Shown: in pieces, positions 46,101 to 54,508 of the stretch
Layout of the letters: each line of letters starts with the position of its first letter
Position numbering within the stretch: the stretch's first letter is position 1
Source of the DNA: a virus
Lineage: Duplodnaviria; Caudoviricetes
Direction: 5' to 3' (one strand)
Virus record (IMG/VR): IMGVR_UViG_3300033993_001438
Location: 1-59,803 of that record
DNA length: 59,803 nt
The notes under the pieces: generated by a model
The model's input: only the letters and a program-made list of their open reading frames with translations
Databases searched by the model: none
What the model was told of the DNA's origin: nothing
Program-made: the position numbers and the translations under genes

Positions 46101-46738
46101 AACTCCCCACGGCTATCGCCAAACTTGTCAACTGGACCGACCGTGACTCCAGCCGGTACGCCCTTGGTGGCGTTCGCATCGGACGCTCGTCCGGGCAGTG
46201 CTTTGCCGAGGCTACCGACGGCAGGCGCCTTGCCCTTGTGGAGTGGGCCGAGAAGGGCGGCGAGTTCGACGCCATCCTGAGCGGCCGGGAACTGGGCAAG
46301 GCAGCCCGTGCTTCCAAGCGGCAGAAGCCTGAGGTCACAGAGAAGGTCGAACACACGCCGATGGTGATCGACCCATTCGGCCACAAGAGTCAGGCACCGA
46401 CGGCCACCGTGGCCGTCAACGGGCAGCCTGTCCCTGTGGTGGATGGCCGCTGGCCCAAGACTGAGGAGCTGTTCGACCCGTCCCGCAGGGGTCCGCAGAC
46501 TGCGAAGTTCTCCTCCGCAGGGCTGAGGAACCTGGCCCGCCGTACGCCCGTCAAGGTGGGCGAGACGACGGTCCTGCTGGACGTCAACTACCTCAACGAC
46601 CTGGCCGACGCCATGGACGCATGCAACTGCGGCACCGTGACGATGCACGCCAGCGACGGTCAGTCGCAGGTGCTGTGCGAGGGCGACAGCGAGGCGGTCC
46701 GGCTGGCTGCGATCCTCATGCCGATGGCAGCCGACTGA
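46097..46738 (+). CDS. Truncated beta sliding clamp-like protein
   Basis: SRYALGGV, ATDGRRLA, D.NYL.D, ILMPM resemble DnaN domains 2-3. Confidence 0.7.
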   Translation: MKLPTAIAKLVNWTDRDSSRYALGGVRIGRSSGQCFAEATDGRRLALVEWAEKGGEFDAILSGRELGKAARASKRQKPEVTEKVEHTPMVIDPFGHKSQAPTATVAVNGQPVPVVDGRWPKTEELFDPSRRGPQTAKFSSAGLRNLARRTPVKVGETTVLLDVNYLNDLADAMDACNCGTVTMHASDGQSQVLCEGDSEAVRLAAILMPMAAD

Positions 46739-46788
46739 CCCAGTGATAGACTGAGTGTGGGGCAGCGGCTTCGGCCGCTCCTCTGGGG

Positions 46789-46832
46789 CCCCCGCCGGGG
46801 AAAAAGACTTAAGTACCCGGCGGGGGTTTTTT
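46789..46832 (+). terminator. Intrinsic terminator
   Basis: CCCCCGCCGGG/CCCGGCGGGGG stem followed by T6. Confidence 0.8.
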
Positions 46833-46850
46833 CGTATCCTGTTCGACACC

Positions 46851-46864
46851 TGTACGGAGGTACA
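46851..46864. promoter_or_regulatory. Palindromic operator TGTAC-N4-GTACA
   Basis: Second copy of the 33339 motif; intergenic, 17 bp before GTG 46882. Confidence 0.6.
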
Positions 46865-46881
46865 CCTCAGGAGATCGATGA

Positions 46882-47103
46882 GTGAAGACCATCGTCCACG
46901 TTAACCAGCACGTGATCCGTTCCAACCAGAAGACCGGCGAGCGTGAGCCGGTGCTGACCGTGAAGACCTACAAGGACAACCGCTACGCCCACTCTGTGCG
47001 GATAGACGGCCCTTGTGTTGTGCGATATGAGCCGGATGCCCCGCTCTCCTGCGGTGCCCGGGTGTGGATCGAAACCGACAGCAAGGTGGAGGTGGAGGGG
47101 TGA
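46882..47103 (+). CDS. Conserved phage protein (IHVNQH..R.N family)
   Basis: HVNQHVIRSN...PLSCGARVWIET. Confidence 0.8.
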   Translation: MKTIVHVNQHVIRSNQKTGEREPVLTVKTYKDNRYAHSVRIDGPCVVRYEPDAPLSCGARVWIETDSKVEVEG

Positions 47104-47339
47104 GCGGCTACTACTACATCCGTCTGGACGTTGTCATGCGTGACTGTCGCAGCGCCACTGACGCCGTAACCCAACTGATTCGGCTGATGCCTAACAAGCC
47201 AGACGAAACCACTGCCTTCATGGAGTCATGGGCGGTGGAGTCTGTGTCCACCCCTGAGGCGACGGTGTTTGACCGTTGCTGCGGTCTTGCCGAGGAGGAG
47301 CTTGAGGCCATGCTTAGCACCGCAGAGAGGGACGCCTAG
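47100..47339 (+). CDS. Hypothetical protein
   Basis: GGAGG RBS; GTGA coupling. Confidence 0.6.
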   Translation: MSGYYYIRLDVVMRDCRSATDAVTQLIRLMPNKPDETTAFMESWAVESVSTPEATVFDRCCGLAEEELEAMLSTAERDA

Positions 47340-47572
47340 TGCCACGCTCCATCCCTTACCAGCTAAGCATCGACTGGGCCATGCTGGAAGAGCAGAAGGA
47401 CTACCTGCTGCACCTGATCGACGCTGACTGCCGTGCCCCTGCCGGGCTGACAAAGTACGGGCCGTACTGCCACGGCGATCACCCGCTGGACGGCCTGGTG
47501 CAACTGATCGACGCCATCCAAGACGCCGGAGATGCTGCCGGCGAGAAGGTTTACGAGGAGGAGGAGGCATGA
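47339..47572 (+). CDS. Hypothetical protein
   Basis: Coupled ORF in the operon. Confidence 0.65.
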   Translation: MPRSIPYQLSIDWAMLEEQKDYLLHLIDADCRAPAGLTKYGPYCHGDHPLDGLVQLIDAIQDAGDAAGEKVYEEEEA

Positions 47573-47751
47573 AGCCGTCGGAAGCGTGGGACCTGGTAGG
47601 CGAAGCGAACGACCTGCTGGAGAAAGTGCGAGAGGCGTTTCCGTGCGAGCGTTGCGACGGCGAAGGAGAAGACTACCCGGGGCACATCTACCACCCGTGC
47701 TACGAGTGCGATGGAACCGGACACCAAATCCCTGACGAGGAGGACGAGTGA
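47569..47751 (+). CDS. Small CxxCxGxG zinc-finger protein
   Basis: CERCDGEG...CYECDGTG. Confidence 0.7.
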   Translation: MKPSEAWDLVGEANDLLEKVREAFPCERCDGEGEDYPGHIYHPCYECDGTGHQIPDEEDE

Positions 47752-48029
47752 CCAACGAGCAGTTCATCTTCGCCAACTTCAAGGGCCATGACTGGACTGA
47801 TCTCGGCGTCGATGGCATTGCCCCGTACCGCGTCTGGCGGATTGCGGGCAGCCGGAAGCGGCGTGTCATGGGGTGGAGCGACTGGAAGTTCTCTGGCCCC
47901 ACGCCGGAGAGGATTCCTCAGGTGATCTTCATGGTCACCACGGAAACCATGGACCCCATCCAGAAGTTCCTGAAACTGCGTGATGCGAAAGAGTTTGCGT
48001 ACCTATTGGCCACCGGGCAGGAGGACTGA
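47748..48029 (+). CDS. Hypothetical protein
   Basis: Coupled ORF with RBS. Confidence 0.65.
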   Translation: MTNEQFIFANFKGHDWTDLGVDGIAPYRVWRIAGSRKRRVMGWSDWKFSGPTPERIPQVIFMVTTETMDPIQKFLKLRDAKEFAYLLATGQED

Positions 48030-48247
48030 TGCTGACTGGAGATAAGCGACTGGCCCAGCAGGGCATGAGAGCGTGTCGATCATTCGCCACGGCCGACGAG
48101 ATCACCAACGACCAGGGCGCCGTGATGGAAACTCTGGTGGTCAGCATCATGCACCTGTGCGACCAAGAGGGGGTGGACCCATACGAGTTCATGCGTAACT
48201 GCATGCAGAAGTTCTACGAAACCCTTGTGGAGGAGGATGGCGAATGA
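48029..48247 (+). CDS. Hypothetical protein
   Basis: Coupled ORF with RBS. Confidence 0.65.
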   Translation: MLTGDKRLAQQGMRACRSFATADEITNDQGAVMETLVVSIMHLCDQEGVDPYEFMRNCMQKFYETLVEEDGE

Positions 48248-48600
48248 GCCTGGACTGGACGACATCAAAGTGCAACCCGCCGGCGCCGCAGACGGACCAA
48301 GAGAAGGACGACCGCACCGCACTGATTTGGGGCAGCCTGTGCGTTGGGCTGAGCAGCATCAAGGAGTCCAACGTGGAGGAGTGGGTGTGGAGGATGTGGC
48401 ACCAGAAGAAAACACTGGACCACATCTACCTGGGCGAGGGCACCACGCCGGACGATCTTCGCAAGTGGGTGACGCGATGGATTGGGCTCGGCACCAACGC
48501 TCCCAACCAGACGCGGACGCAATGGCTGAAGCGAGTGAGCGAGGCACTGGCCCGTGAGACAGACCGTGACGTCAGGAAGCAAGAACCCCAGGCCGTGTGA
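48244..48600 (+). CDS. Hypothetical protein
   Basis: Coupled ORF with RBS. Confidence 0.7.
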   Translation: MSLDWTTSKCNPPAPQTDQEKDDRTALIWGSLCVGLSSIKESNVEEWVWRMWHQKKTLDHIYLGEGTTPDDLRKWVTRWIGLGTNAPNQTRTQWLKRVSEALARETDRDVRKQEPQAV

Positions 48601-48761
48601 GTGGGGCCGGCATGAGTGGGTGGATAGTCCATCCACTCGCCGGCCGGGGTGGGTAGATACCCGCTGCCGCACGTGCGGCAAGCCGCTTGGACTACGCCCA
48701 GGCGACAAAGACCTATTACCCAGGACCGGGCAGCGTGGGCCCGGTGGAACGTGGAGGGGCA

Positions 48762-49427
48762 ATGCCCAAGACAACCAGCATCCTTGACGGCATCAACGAC
48801 GAGGCTCTCGCCTTTCGCAGGGCCCAGTCCCAGTACGACGAGGTGTTTCGCGGCTTCCTTATGACGACGCCTCGCCTGTCGCCGGAACACTTCTGGCCCA
48901 TGCTGGACGCGTTTCGGTTGACGGTACTGCGCACCGTGATGCTCCGCGAGAAGGTGGCCGAGGCTGCGGCCAATGAGTTCATGCGTGACGCGAAGGTCAA
49001 CAAGGGCCCAGGCGGCCTGGCTGCGGCCGTGCATTTCGCCATCTCCTACCGGGACTTCGTCCGCAAGGCGTACTCCGGTGGAGACAAGTGCGGTTTCGGA
49101 TTCGACCGCGGCGACGACGGGTACAGCGATCTCATGGATGCCGTCGTCATGCTGGGCCGGGAGTTCAACGAGCGTCTGTACGAGGGTGACTTCTTCAGCC
49201 TCGCTGAGTTCGGCCAGGCTGTCATGGACGCCTGCTGCAACAGCGTAACGGAGCGTGACTTCCCGTTCCAGTATGCGGATGACCCTGTCGGCAACCGCAC
49301 ATCGCTGGCGGGCAGGCTCCGCAAGTTTGTCCTGCATGGAGAGAACTACTTCAGCATGTCGCTGGAGGAGGCAGCCCAGAAATGGATTGCCCTCGCTGCG
49401 TCCGATGCCGCCAAGGAGAACGACTGA
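48762..49427 (+). CDS. Hypothetical protein
   Basis: GGAGG RBS; 221 aa. Confidence 0.7.
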   Translation: MPKTTSILDGINDEALAFRRAQSQYDEVFRGFLMTTPRLSPEHFWPMLDAFRLTVLRTVMLREKVAEAAANEFMRDAKVNKGPGGLAAAVHFAISYRDFVRKAYSGGDKCGFGFDRGDDGYSDLMDAVVMLGREFNERLYEGDFFSLAEFGQAVMDACCNSVTERDFPFQYADDPVGNRTSLAGRLRKFVLHGENYFSMSLEEAAQKWIALAASDAAKEND

Positions 49428-49660
49428 TGCCATACCCTGACTCTGAATACCCCAGCATCCTGCGGGGGAGAGGCAAGCGTGAGAGCCAGCGGTTGCTGGC
49501 GGCTGCGCCGGATTTGTTAGCGGCCCTGCACGGTGTCATGCACTGGGCCGGGTGTGAGTGCAAGTCCCTTGAGCGGGACACGCCGCTGCATGACGAGGCC
49601 CCGCTGTGCGATTACTGCGTGGCCCAGGCCGCCATTGCCAAAGCAGAAGGGAGGGAGTGA
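49427..49660 (+). CDS. AAAPDL-family small protein
   Basis: RLLAAAPDLL...AAIAKAEG. Confidence 0.7.
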   Translation: MPYPDSEYPSILRGRGKRESQRLLAAAPDLLAALHGVMHWAGCECKSLERDTPLHDEAPLCDYCVAQAAIAKAEGRE

Positions 49661-49812
49661 TGCGATACATCGTCACTGAGACTCGCACCTACTCGGTTGA
49701 CGCCCCATCCGAGGAGGCTGTGCGTGTTGTTCTTTCCCTTGCCGAGGGCGTCGGGGAACTCGTCGTTACGGAGGACGACCAATGTTCGGAAAAGCAAAAG
49801 GGGAGGGAGTGA
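49660..49812 (+). CDS. Small hypothetical protein
   Basis: TGATG coupling at both ends. Confidence 0.55.
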   Translation: MRYIVTETRTYSVDAPSEEAVRVVLSLAEGVGELVVTEDDQCSEKQKGRE

Positions 49813-50114
49813 TGGCAGCGATTCAAGGCAAGTGGTATGCGGCACCCAACGGGCATGACGCATACCCTGCGGATCCAGATACCGTGCGGTTCGTCTATGC
49901 AGACCAGCCGGACGGTGAGCGGTACATCGTCGCGAAGGTGTGGGCGGACGGCGAGGACTATGAGTCCAACGCCCGGCTGGTGGCTGCGGCACCGGACCTG
50001 ATGGCGGCGTGCGAGGAACTGCTGATCTACCTGGGCGACTGGGATGATCCTGAGAACGACACCTGTGTGCGAGCGAGAGAGGCGTTGGCCAAGGCAAAAG
50101 GAGTCAAGCTGTGA
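49812..50114 (+). CDS. AAAPDL-family small protein
   Basis: NARLVAAAPDLM...ALAKAKG. Confidence 0.75.
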   Translation: MAAIQGKWYAAPNGHDAYPADPDTVRFVYADQPDGERYIVAKVWADGEDYESNARLVAAAPDLMAACEELLIYLGDWDDPENDTCVRAREALAKAKGVKL

Positions 50115-50470
50115 CGCATACCAAGGGGCCATGGGTTGCCGCAGACGCAGAGTGGATCATGTCTCAGCGGACTGGCATGGGGTTCCGATACTTCCCAGTG
50201 CGTGGCGAGGGCCAAACGTGGGACATCTGCAACGTGTTTGCGGACGAGGACGACGACGAGATGCAGGCTAACGTGCGGCTGATAACTAACGCACCGGACA
50301 TGCTTGAGGCCCTGTGCGAGGTCCGCGATGCACTCGCCGCATTGGACTGGGAGGGCGACGAGAACTGGCGTCACTGGGACGCCACAAAGGTTGACCAACT
50401 ACTTGCCAGTACACGGCAGGCAGTGAACCGTACCATCAAACTCACCAAGGAAGGGAGGTCCGATGCATGA
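50111..50470 (+). CDS. HTxGPW/APDM-family protein
   Basis: HTKGPW...ANVRLITNAPDML. Confidence 0.75.
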   Translation: MTHTKGPWVAADAEWIMSQRTGMGFRYFPVRGEGQTWDICNVFADEDDDEMQANVRLITNAPDMLEALCEVRDALAALDWEGDENWRHWDATKVDQLLASTRQAVNRTIKLTKEGRSDA

Positions 50471-50543
50471 CGCTGAGCTGGTAGCGCTGATCGTCCGGCT
50501 GATTCTGGTGCTGGCAGGCAAGCTGATGCTGGCCATCAACTGA
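50463..50543 (+). CDS. 26-aa hydrophobic peptide
   Basis: MHDAELVALIVRLILVLAGKLMLAIN; GGGAGG RBS. Confidence 0.5.
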   Translation: MHDAELVALIVRLILVLAGKLMLAIN

Positions 50544-50637
50544 GGTTTTGCCCGTGCCTGAGTGAAGTTTCGGTGACTTCGGTCGCTTGAGTTTATTGAT
50601 CGCCGTAGCCTCGCCGGTACGGCACTGACTTGGTTTG

Positions 50638-50673
50638 CCCAGTCGGCAGCGTGCTGACTGGGTTTTCTTTTTT
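50638..50673 (+). terminator. Intrinsic terminator just upstream of the DUF932 gene
   Basis: CCCAGTCGGCA/TGCTGACTGGG stem followed by TTTTCTTTTTT. Confidence 0.8.
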
Positions 50674-50686
50674 CTAGGAGGTTCCC

Positions 50687-51415
50687 ATGACTGGCCTGAT
50701 TGTCCACGCTGGCGGCAAGGTGGTTGACCGCAACGACATCGACGCTGTCCCCGTTCCGGGCAGCACCCACACCTGGACCCCTGTCGCCCACGGTGACGTC
50801 GTTCGCATGGTCGAACGCTCCCTCACCACCAGCGGCATGGAGATCACCGACTCGTCCTTCGCCCTCTCTGCCGGCGGGGCCCGGATGTTCGGCGTGATCA
50901 CGCTGGGTGGCGGCACGGACTATGCCACCGTCGTCGGATTGCGTAACTCCCATGACAAGTCCTTCCCCGTGTCGTTCTGCCTGGGTTCCCGGGTGTTCGT
51001 CTGCGACAACCTGGCCTTCTCCGCCGAGGTGGTCGTCAAGACCAAGCACTCCCGCCTGGTGCTGGACCGCCTGCCTCGCCTCGTCAACGAGGGGGTTGCC
51101 AAGCTGATCGATCAGCGCGGCCACCAGCACAAGCGGATCGAAGCCTACAAGACCATTGAGGTCAAGGGGCTGTCGCACCTGCATGACCTGACGCTGCGGG
51201 CGTACCGTGCCGGTGCGATCCCGGCCCGGGCGATTGCTGATGTTCTCAACGAGTACGACAGCCCCCGTCACCCGGAGTTCCAGGAGCCCACCCTGTGGTC
51301 CTTCTTCAACTCCGTGACGGAGGTTCTCAAGGAGTACGGCGATCTGCCCCGCCGGACCCAGCGGCTGCACGGCGTGGCCGATGCGGAGTGCGGCAGTGTG
51401 CTTCTCGCGGTCTGA
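50687..51415 (+). CDS. DUF932-family protein
   Basis: TWTPVAH, GARMFG, GLRNSHDKS, RVFVCDNLAF, TLWSFFNSVTE. Confidence 0.85.
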   Translation: MTGLIVHAGGKVVDRNDIDAVPVPGSTHTWTPVAHGDVVRMVERSLTTSGMEITDSSFALSAGGARMFGVITLGGGTDYATVVGLRNSHDKSFPVSFCLGSRVFVCDNLAFSAEVVVKTKHSRLVLDRLPRLVNEGVAKLIDQRGHQHKRIEAYKTIEVKGLSHLHDLTLRAYRAGAIPARAIADVLNEYDSPRHPEFQEPTLWSFFNSVTEVLKEYGDLPRRTQRLHGVADAECGSVLLAV

Positions 51416-51447
51416 GTTCTTTCCATCCCCCAGCAAGGAGGTTCCCT

Positions 51448-51777
51448 ATGTCCAGGCGATATGACAAGACGGCGTTCATCGCGGCGTACCACCAGGCGTA
51501 CCTTGAGGGCAGAACTGCGGAGCAACTGGCGGCGGACCTTGGCGTCCCCTCCGGCACGGTCCACAGCCGGGCCCACTACCTGCGTGACAATGGCCTTCGC
51601 ATGCCACGCTTGCGGCGCAAGCTGGCGGCGAAGCCGGTCCAGGTGCGTGAGCCCACGTTGGGCGATGAGTTGGAGTTCGACACGGCGTTCCTGCACAAGC
51701 CCGTCAAGGTGATTGTGCATCCGCCGGTTTCGTTCACCATCACCATCACCCTGGAGGGCGTCGATGCTGCCGTCTAA
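51448..51777 (+). CDS. HTH DNA-binding protein
   Basis: TAEQLAADLGVPSGTVHSR; AAGGAGG RBS. Confidence 0.7.
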   Translation: MSRRYDKTAFIAAYHQAYLEGRTAEQLAADLGVPSGTVHSRAHYLRDNGLRMPRLRRKLAAKPVQVREPTLGDELEFDTAFLHKPVKVIVHPPVSFTITITLEGVDAAV

Positions 51778-51964
51778 GGTCGTCCTGGAACTGAGCCCGG
51801 GGGAGTTTGCGTACCTGCTCCGCACCGTGGAGCGGGACATTGCGGATGCCCAGGAAATCCTGCTGGTGGAGGACTGCGACTCCACCCAGGATGAACTGGG
51901 CCATGCCGTGCGGATGCAGCGGTTGCTGCAGCGGGTGGAGCAGGCGCAGGTCTACACCCACTGA
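51764..51964 (+). CDS. Hypothetical protein
   Basis: GGAGG RBS. Confidence 0.6.
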   Translation: MLPSKVVLELSPGEFAYLLRTVERDIADAQEILLVEDCDSTQDELGHAVRMQRLLQRVEQAQVYTH

Positions 51965-51999
51965 TCGATGGTCGGTAAAATCTCACCTCCGGAGGGCCT

Positions 52000-52338
52000 A
52001 TGGATTTCTCATCAATCACCCCTGACGACTGCATGCACAAGGTTTCCATGGAGGTAGCCGACGAGTTGCGGGAATCCCTCCGCAACATGTACGTAGGCAT
52101 GTACCAGCAGAGCGAAACCCTGGACGGTGCCATGCCAAACGTGGTGCTGACAGGGTTCACGCTCCTGTGGTTGGAGTCCGTACACGCCGTGTTTGGCACG
52201 GCCGATTACGAGACTGCCATCACCCTTCTCAAGAGCATTCGCCCCTCTGAGAAGGCGGTTTCCCTGGAGATGAAGCGGGCCGCCGGAGACTTCCTCCGCC
52301 GGTCGCGTTGGCTGCCCAAGAAGCGGAGGACCAAGTGA
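52000..52338 (+). CDS. Hypothetical protein
   Basis: GGAGG RBS. Confidence 0.7.
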   Translation: MDFSSITPDDCMHKVSMEVADELRESLRNMYVGMYQQSETLDGAMPNVVLTGFTLLWLESVHAVFGTADYETAITLLKSIRPSEKAVSLEMKRAAGDFLRRSRWLPKKRRTK

Positions 52339-52694
52339 GGTACCAGGAATACATCATCGGCCGGGAGCTTGGGCCTCGTCGCTATGACTTGCGCCAGTTC
52401 AGCGTGCCCGTCCACCAGGTAGACGGCAAGTGGGTGCCGGCAGGTGAGCCGTTTGAGGAGACGCACCTGACGGACCACCTGTCGATGATGATCTCCGTCG
52501 ATGAGTTCCAGATCCACACCGACAACACGTGCGGCAAACTTGACGACATGCCGTGCCCTGCCGGGTGGAAGGTGATGACCCGCGAGTGGCTACCAGACGA
52601 CTACACGCCACCCACCCAGGAGGAAGTTGACCAGCGTACAAAAGACGCCATCGACAAACTCCGCCAGATGGGGGTGTGGCGTGATCCATCCTGA
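52335..52694 (+). CDS. Hypothetical protein
   Basis: GGAGG RBS; GTGA coupling. Confidence 0.65.
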   Translation: MRYQEYIIGRELGPRRYDLRQFSVPVHQVDGKWVPAGEPFEETHLTDHLSMMISVDEFQIHTDNTCGKLDDMPCPAGWKVMTREWLPDDYTPPTQEEVDQRTKDAIDKLRQMGVWRDPS

Positions 52695-52754
52695 GGTTGT
52701 GTTCGCCCTGATCGTCGGAGTCCTGATCTTCTTTGGCACAACACCGAGGCACTG

Positions 52755-53522
52755 ATGGCAAAGGTATGGGGATACGTTCGCGTCAGCACCGACGACCAGG
52801 AGAACTCCGCACAGAACCAGGTGGAGATGATCAAGGAGCGGGCGGCCAAGGAGGGCCTGCCTCTCGCTCACATCTACGTGGACGAGGACGTCACCGGAAA
52901 GATCCCACTCCGCAACCGCCCGCAGGGTCGGCTGTTGTGGGATGCCATGGAGCCCGGCGATGTCCTGTTCTTCTTCCGCGTGGACCGCACGTTCCGTTCG
53001 GTGCGTGACGCCACCGACACGGTCCACACCTGGCTGGACAAGGGCATCAGCCCCGTGATCTTGGACCTGGGGATCGACCTGCGGACGCCTGCCGGCCGCC
53101 TGTTTTTCCACCAGCTCGCCTCTTTCGCGGAGTTTGAGAGGGAGATGATTGGCCAGCGGGTAAGGGAGGTCCACTCTTATTTAAGGAAGCACGGGCTGCC
53201 ACGCGGCAACCGCCCTTACGGCTGGCAACGCGACCGGCCTGGGAAGGGGGCGAGGTTTGTGCCCCTGGATTCCGAGCGGCAACTGGCCGAGCGGGTGGTT
53301 GCGATGCGGGAGGAGGGGATGTCTTACGCCCGGATCGCCTGGGCCCTGATGCGGGAGCGGGTGACGAAGCCGGGGAAGTCTCCGAGCGACAAGGGGAAGG
53401 GCGTTTGGTATTCGATCTCGGAGATCCACGGGCTGGCCAACGCTCATCTTCAGGGATACCCAATCGTCCCGCGACGTCACGTGCGAGCCGGCGGGACGCA
53501 AGAGATGCCGAGCGAATGTTGA
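52755..53522 (+). CDS. Serine recombinase (resolvase/invertase catalytic domain plus short C-terminal domain)
   Basis: GYVRVST..Q, RVDRTFRS, TPAGRL, FAEFEREMIGQR, PYGW. Confidence 0.9.
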   Translation: MAKVWGYVRVSTDDQENSAQNQVEMIKERAAKEGLPLAHIYVDEDVTGKIPLRNRPQGRLLWDAMEPGDVLFFFRVDRTFRSVRDATDTVHTWLDKGISPVILDLGIDLRTPAGRLFFHQLASFAEFEREMIGQRVREVHSYLRKHGLPRGNRPYGWQRDRPGKGARFVPLDSERQLAERVVAMREEGMSYARIAWALMRERVTKPGKSPSDKGKGVWYSISEIHGLANAHLQGYPIVPRRHVRAGGTQEMPSEC

Positions 53523-53961
53523 GCGAGAACTGCTCACTCATGTCCACAATCCTGGCCTTGCCGATAAACCGGGCCTCCGCCATCCGACGGTCCCGGTCCG
53601 GCATGCCTGCGATTGCGTCGCTGAGGTGGTCTATTTCGTCCGTAACGCCCATGTCGGACTCCGCCGCGTCCATGCCCACCCGCTCGCCCGGGGCCTTGGT
53701 GAGCCTCCGTATGGCCTTGAGCATGGCGTTCAGGATTGCCCTGGCAAAATACTTCTTGGGGTAGGGGAGCAGGGCAGGGTTGTACGTGCGGGCAGCCCGG
53801 CACATGGCTAGGTAACCCTCGCCCTCCAGGTCCGGGATGAGCGCACCCCGTTGCCAAGCCGGGCGGCTCTGGACGAAGTAACGGGCCGCCGTCGCGACCA
53901 GGTCGTAGTACTCAGTGACGAGTTGCTGCTGCCGCTTGGAGAGCTTGGATTGCCTGCTCAT
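53047..53961 (-). CDS. Sigma70-family RNA polymerase sigma factor
   Basis: Region 2: LV...A...DLEGEGYLAMCRAARTYNP...Y....I.NAM; region 4: AIAGMPDRDR....RF; low-complexity tail antisense to the recombinase. Confidence 0.75.
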   Translation of the reverse strand: MSRQSKLSKRQQQLVTEYYDLVATAARYFVQSRPAWQRGALIPDLEGEGYLAMCRAARTYNPALLPYPKKYFARAILNAMLKAIRRLTKAPGERVGMDAAESDMGVTDEIDHLSDAIAGMPDRDRRMAEARFIGKARIVDMSEQFSLNIRSASLASRRLARDVAGRLGIPEDERWPARGSPRSNTKRPSPCRSETSPASSPAPASGPRRSGRKTSPPPASQPPARPVAARNPGAQTSPPSQAGRVASRKGGCRVAARASLNKSGPPLPAGQSSPSQTPRKRRAGGKTGGRQASAGRSPGPRSRG

Positions 53962-54112
53962 GGTGGTCCAGTCTGGCCTGAGTCTCCCTCACAAACTCAG
54001 GCATGCCCTCCATGGCGTGCGCGATGAGCGCAACCTTGGCGTGGATCGACATGGCCCAGGGCACCACGGCGATCAGGACTGTCAGTGCGATCAGCATCTC
54101 GTCAGTACTCAT
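53912..54112 (-). CDS. Small TM plus coiled-coil protein
   Basis: LIALTVLIAVVPWAM hydrophobic helix. Confidence 0.6.
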   Translation of the reverse strand: MSTDEMLIALTVLIAVVPWAMSIHAKVALIAHAMEGMPEFVRETQARLDHHEQAIQALQAAAATRH

Positions 54113-54293
54113 TCCCTACACCCTCCGCGATCATCTCCAACATCCCGCCAGCCGCCTCGTCCGGCAGCTTTCCCTTCCTGGTATCAGCCATGATCCTGCG
54201 GACAGCGTCTGGCCACTCGGCCGGCGGGAACTGGTAGACCCACGCCTCGTTGTCCCCAAACGCCGTCAGCCTGATCACGGTTTTTTCGGACAC
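54102..54293 (-). CDS. Hypothetical protein
   Basis: Overlap-coupled ORF. Confidence 0.55.
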   Translation of the reverse strand: MSEKTVIRLTAFGDNEAWVYQFPPAEWPDAVRRIMADTRKGKLPDEAAGGMLEMIAEGVGNEY

Positions 54294-54508
54294 TTTCCGT
54301 CCGGGCAGTCGTCGGAAACCCTTTCCGTGCATGGGCAGTTCGTCCAGTTTTGGTTGTCGCCGGTCCTCACCTTACCAGTGCCCTTGCAGAGGCTGCAGTT
54401 CTTCAGCGGCGGCTTAGGGGCGGGCTTGGCTTCCTCCATCTGGGCGACGATGGCCGCCTGGACAGCGACGAGGGCGACGTAATCCGGCGTGTAGTCATTA
54501 ATGAACAT
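54275..54508 (-). CDS. Small Cys-rich protein
   Basis: CSLCKGTG...CPC...CPDGKCP; GGAGG RBS. Confidence 0.65.
   Translation of the reverse strand: MFINDYTPDYVALVAVQAAIVAQMEEAKPAPKPPLKNCSLCKGTGKVRTGDNQNWTNCPCTERVSDDCPDGKCPKKP

Noticed and set aside
50554-50625. Hammerhead ribozyme
   Set aside because: CTGAGTGA does not match the CUGANGA core and no GAAA partner strand is present.
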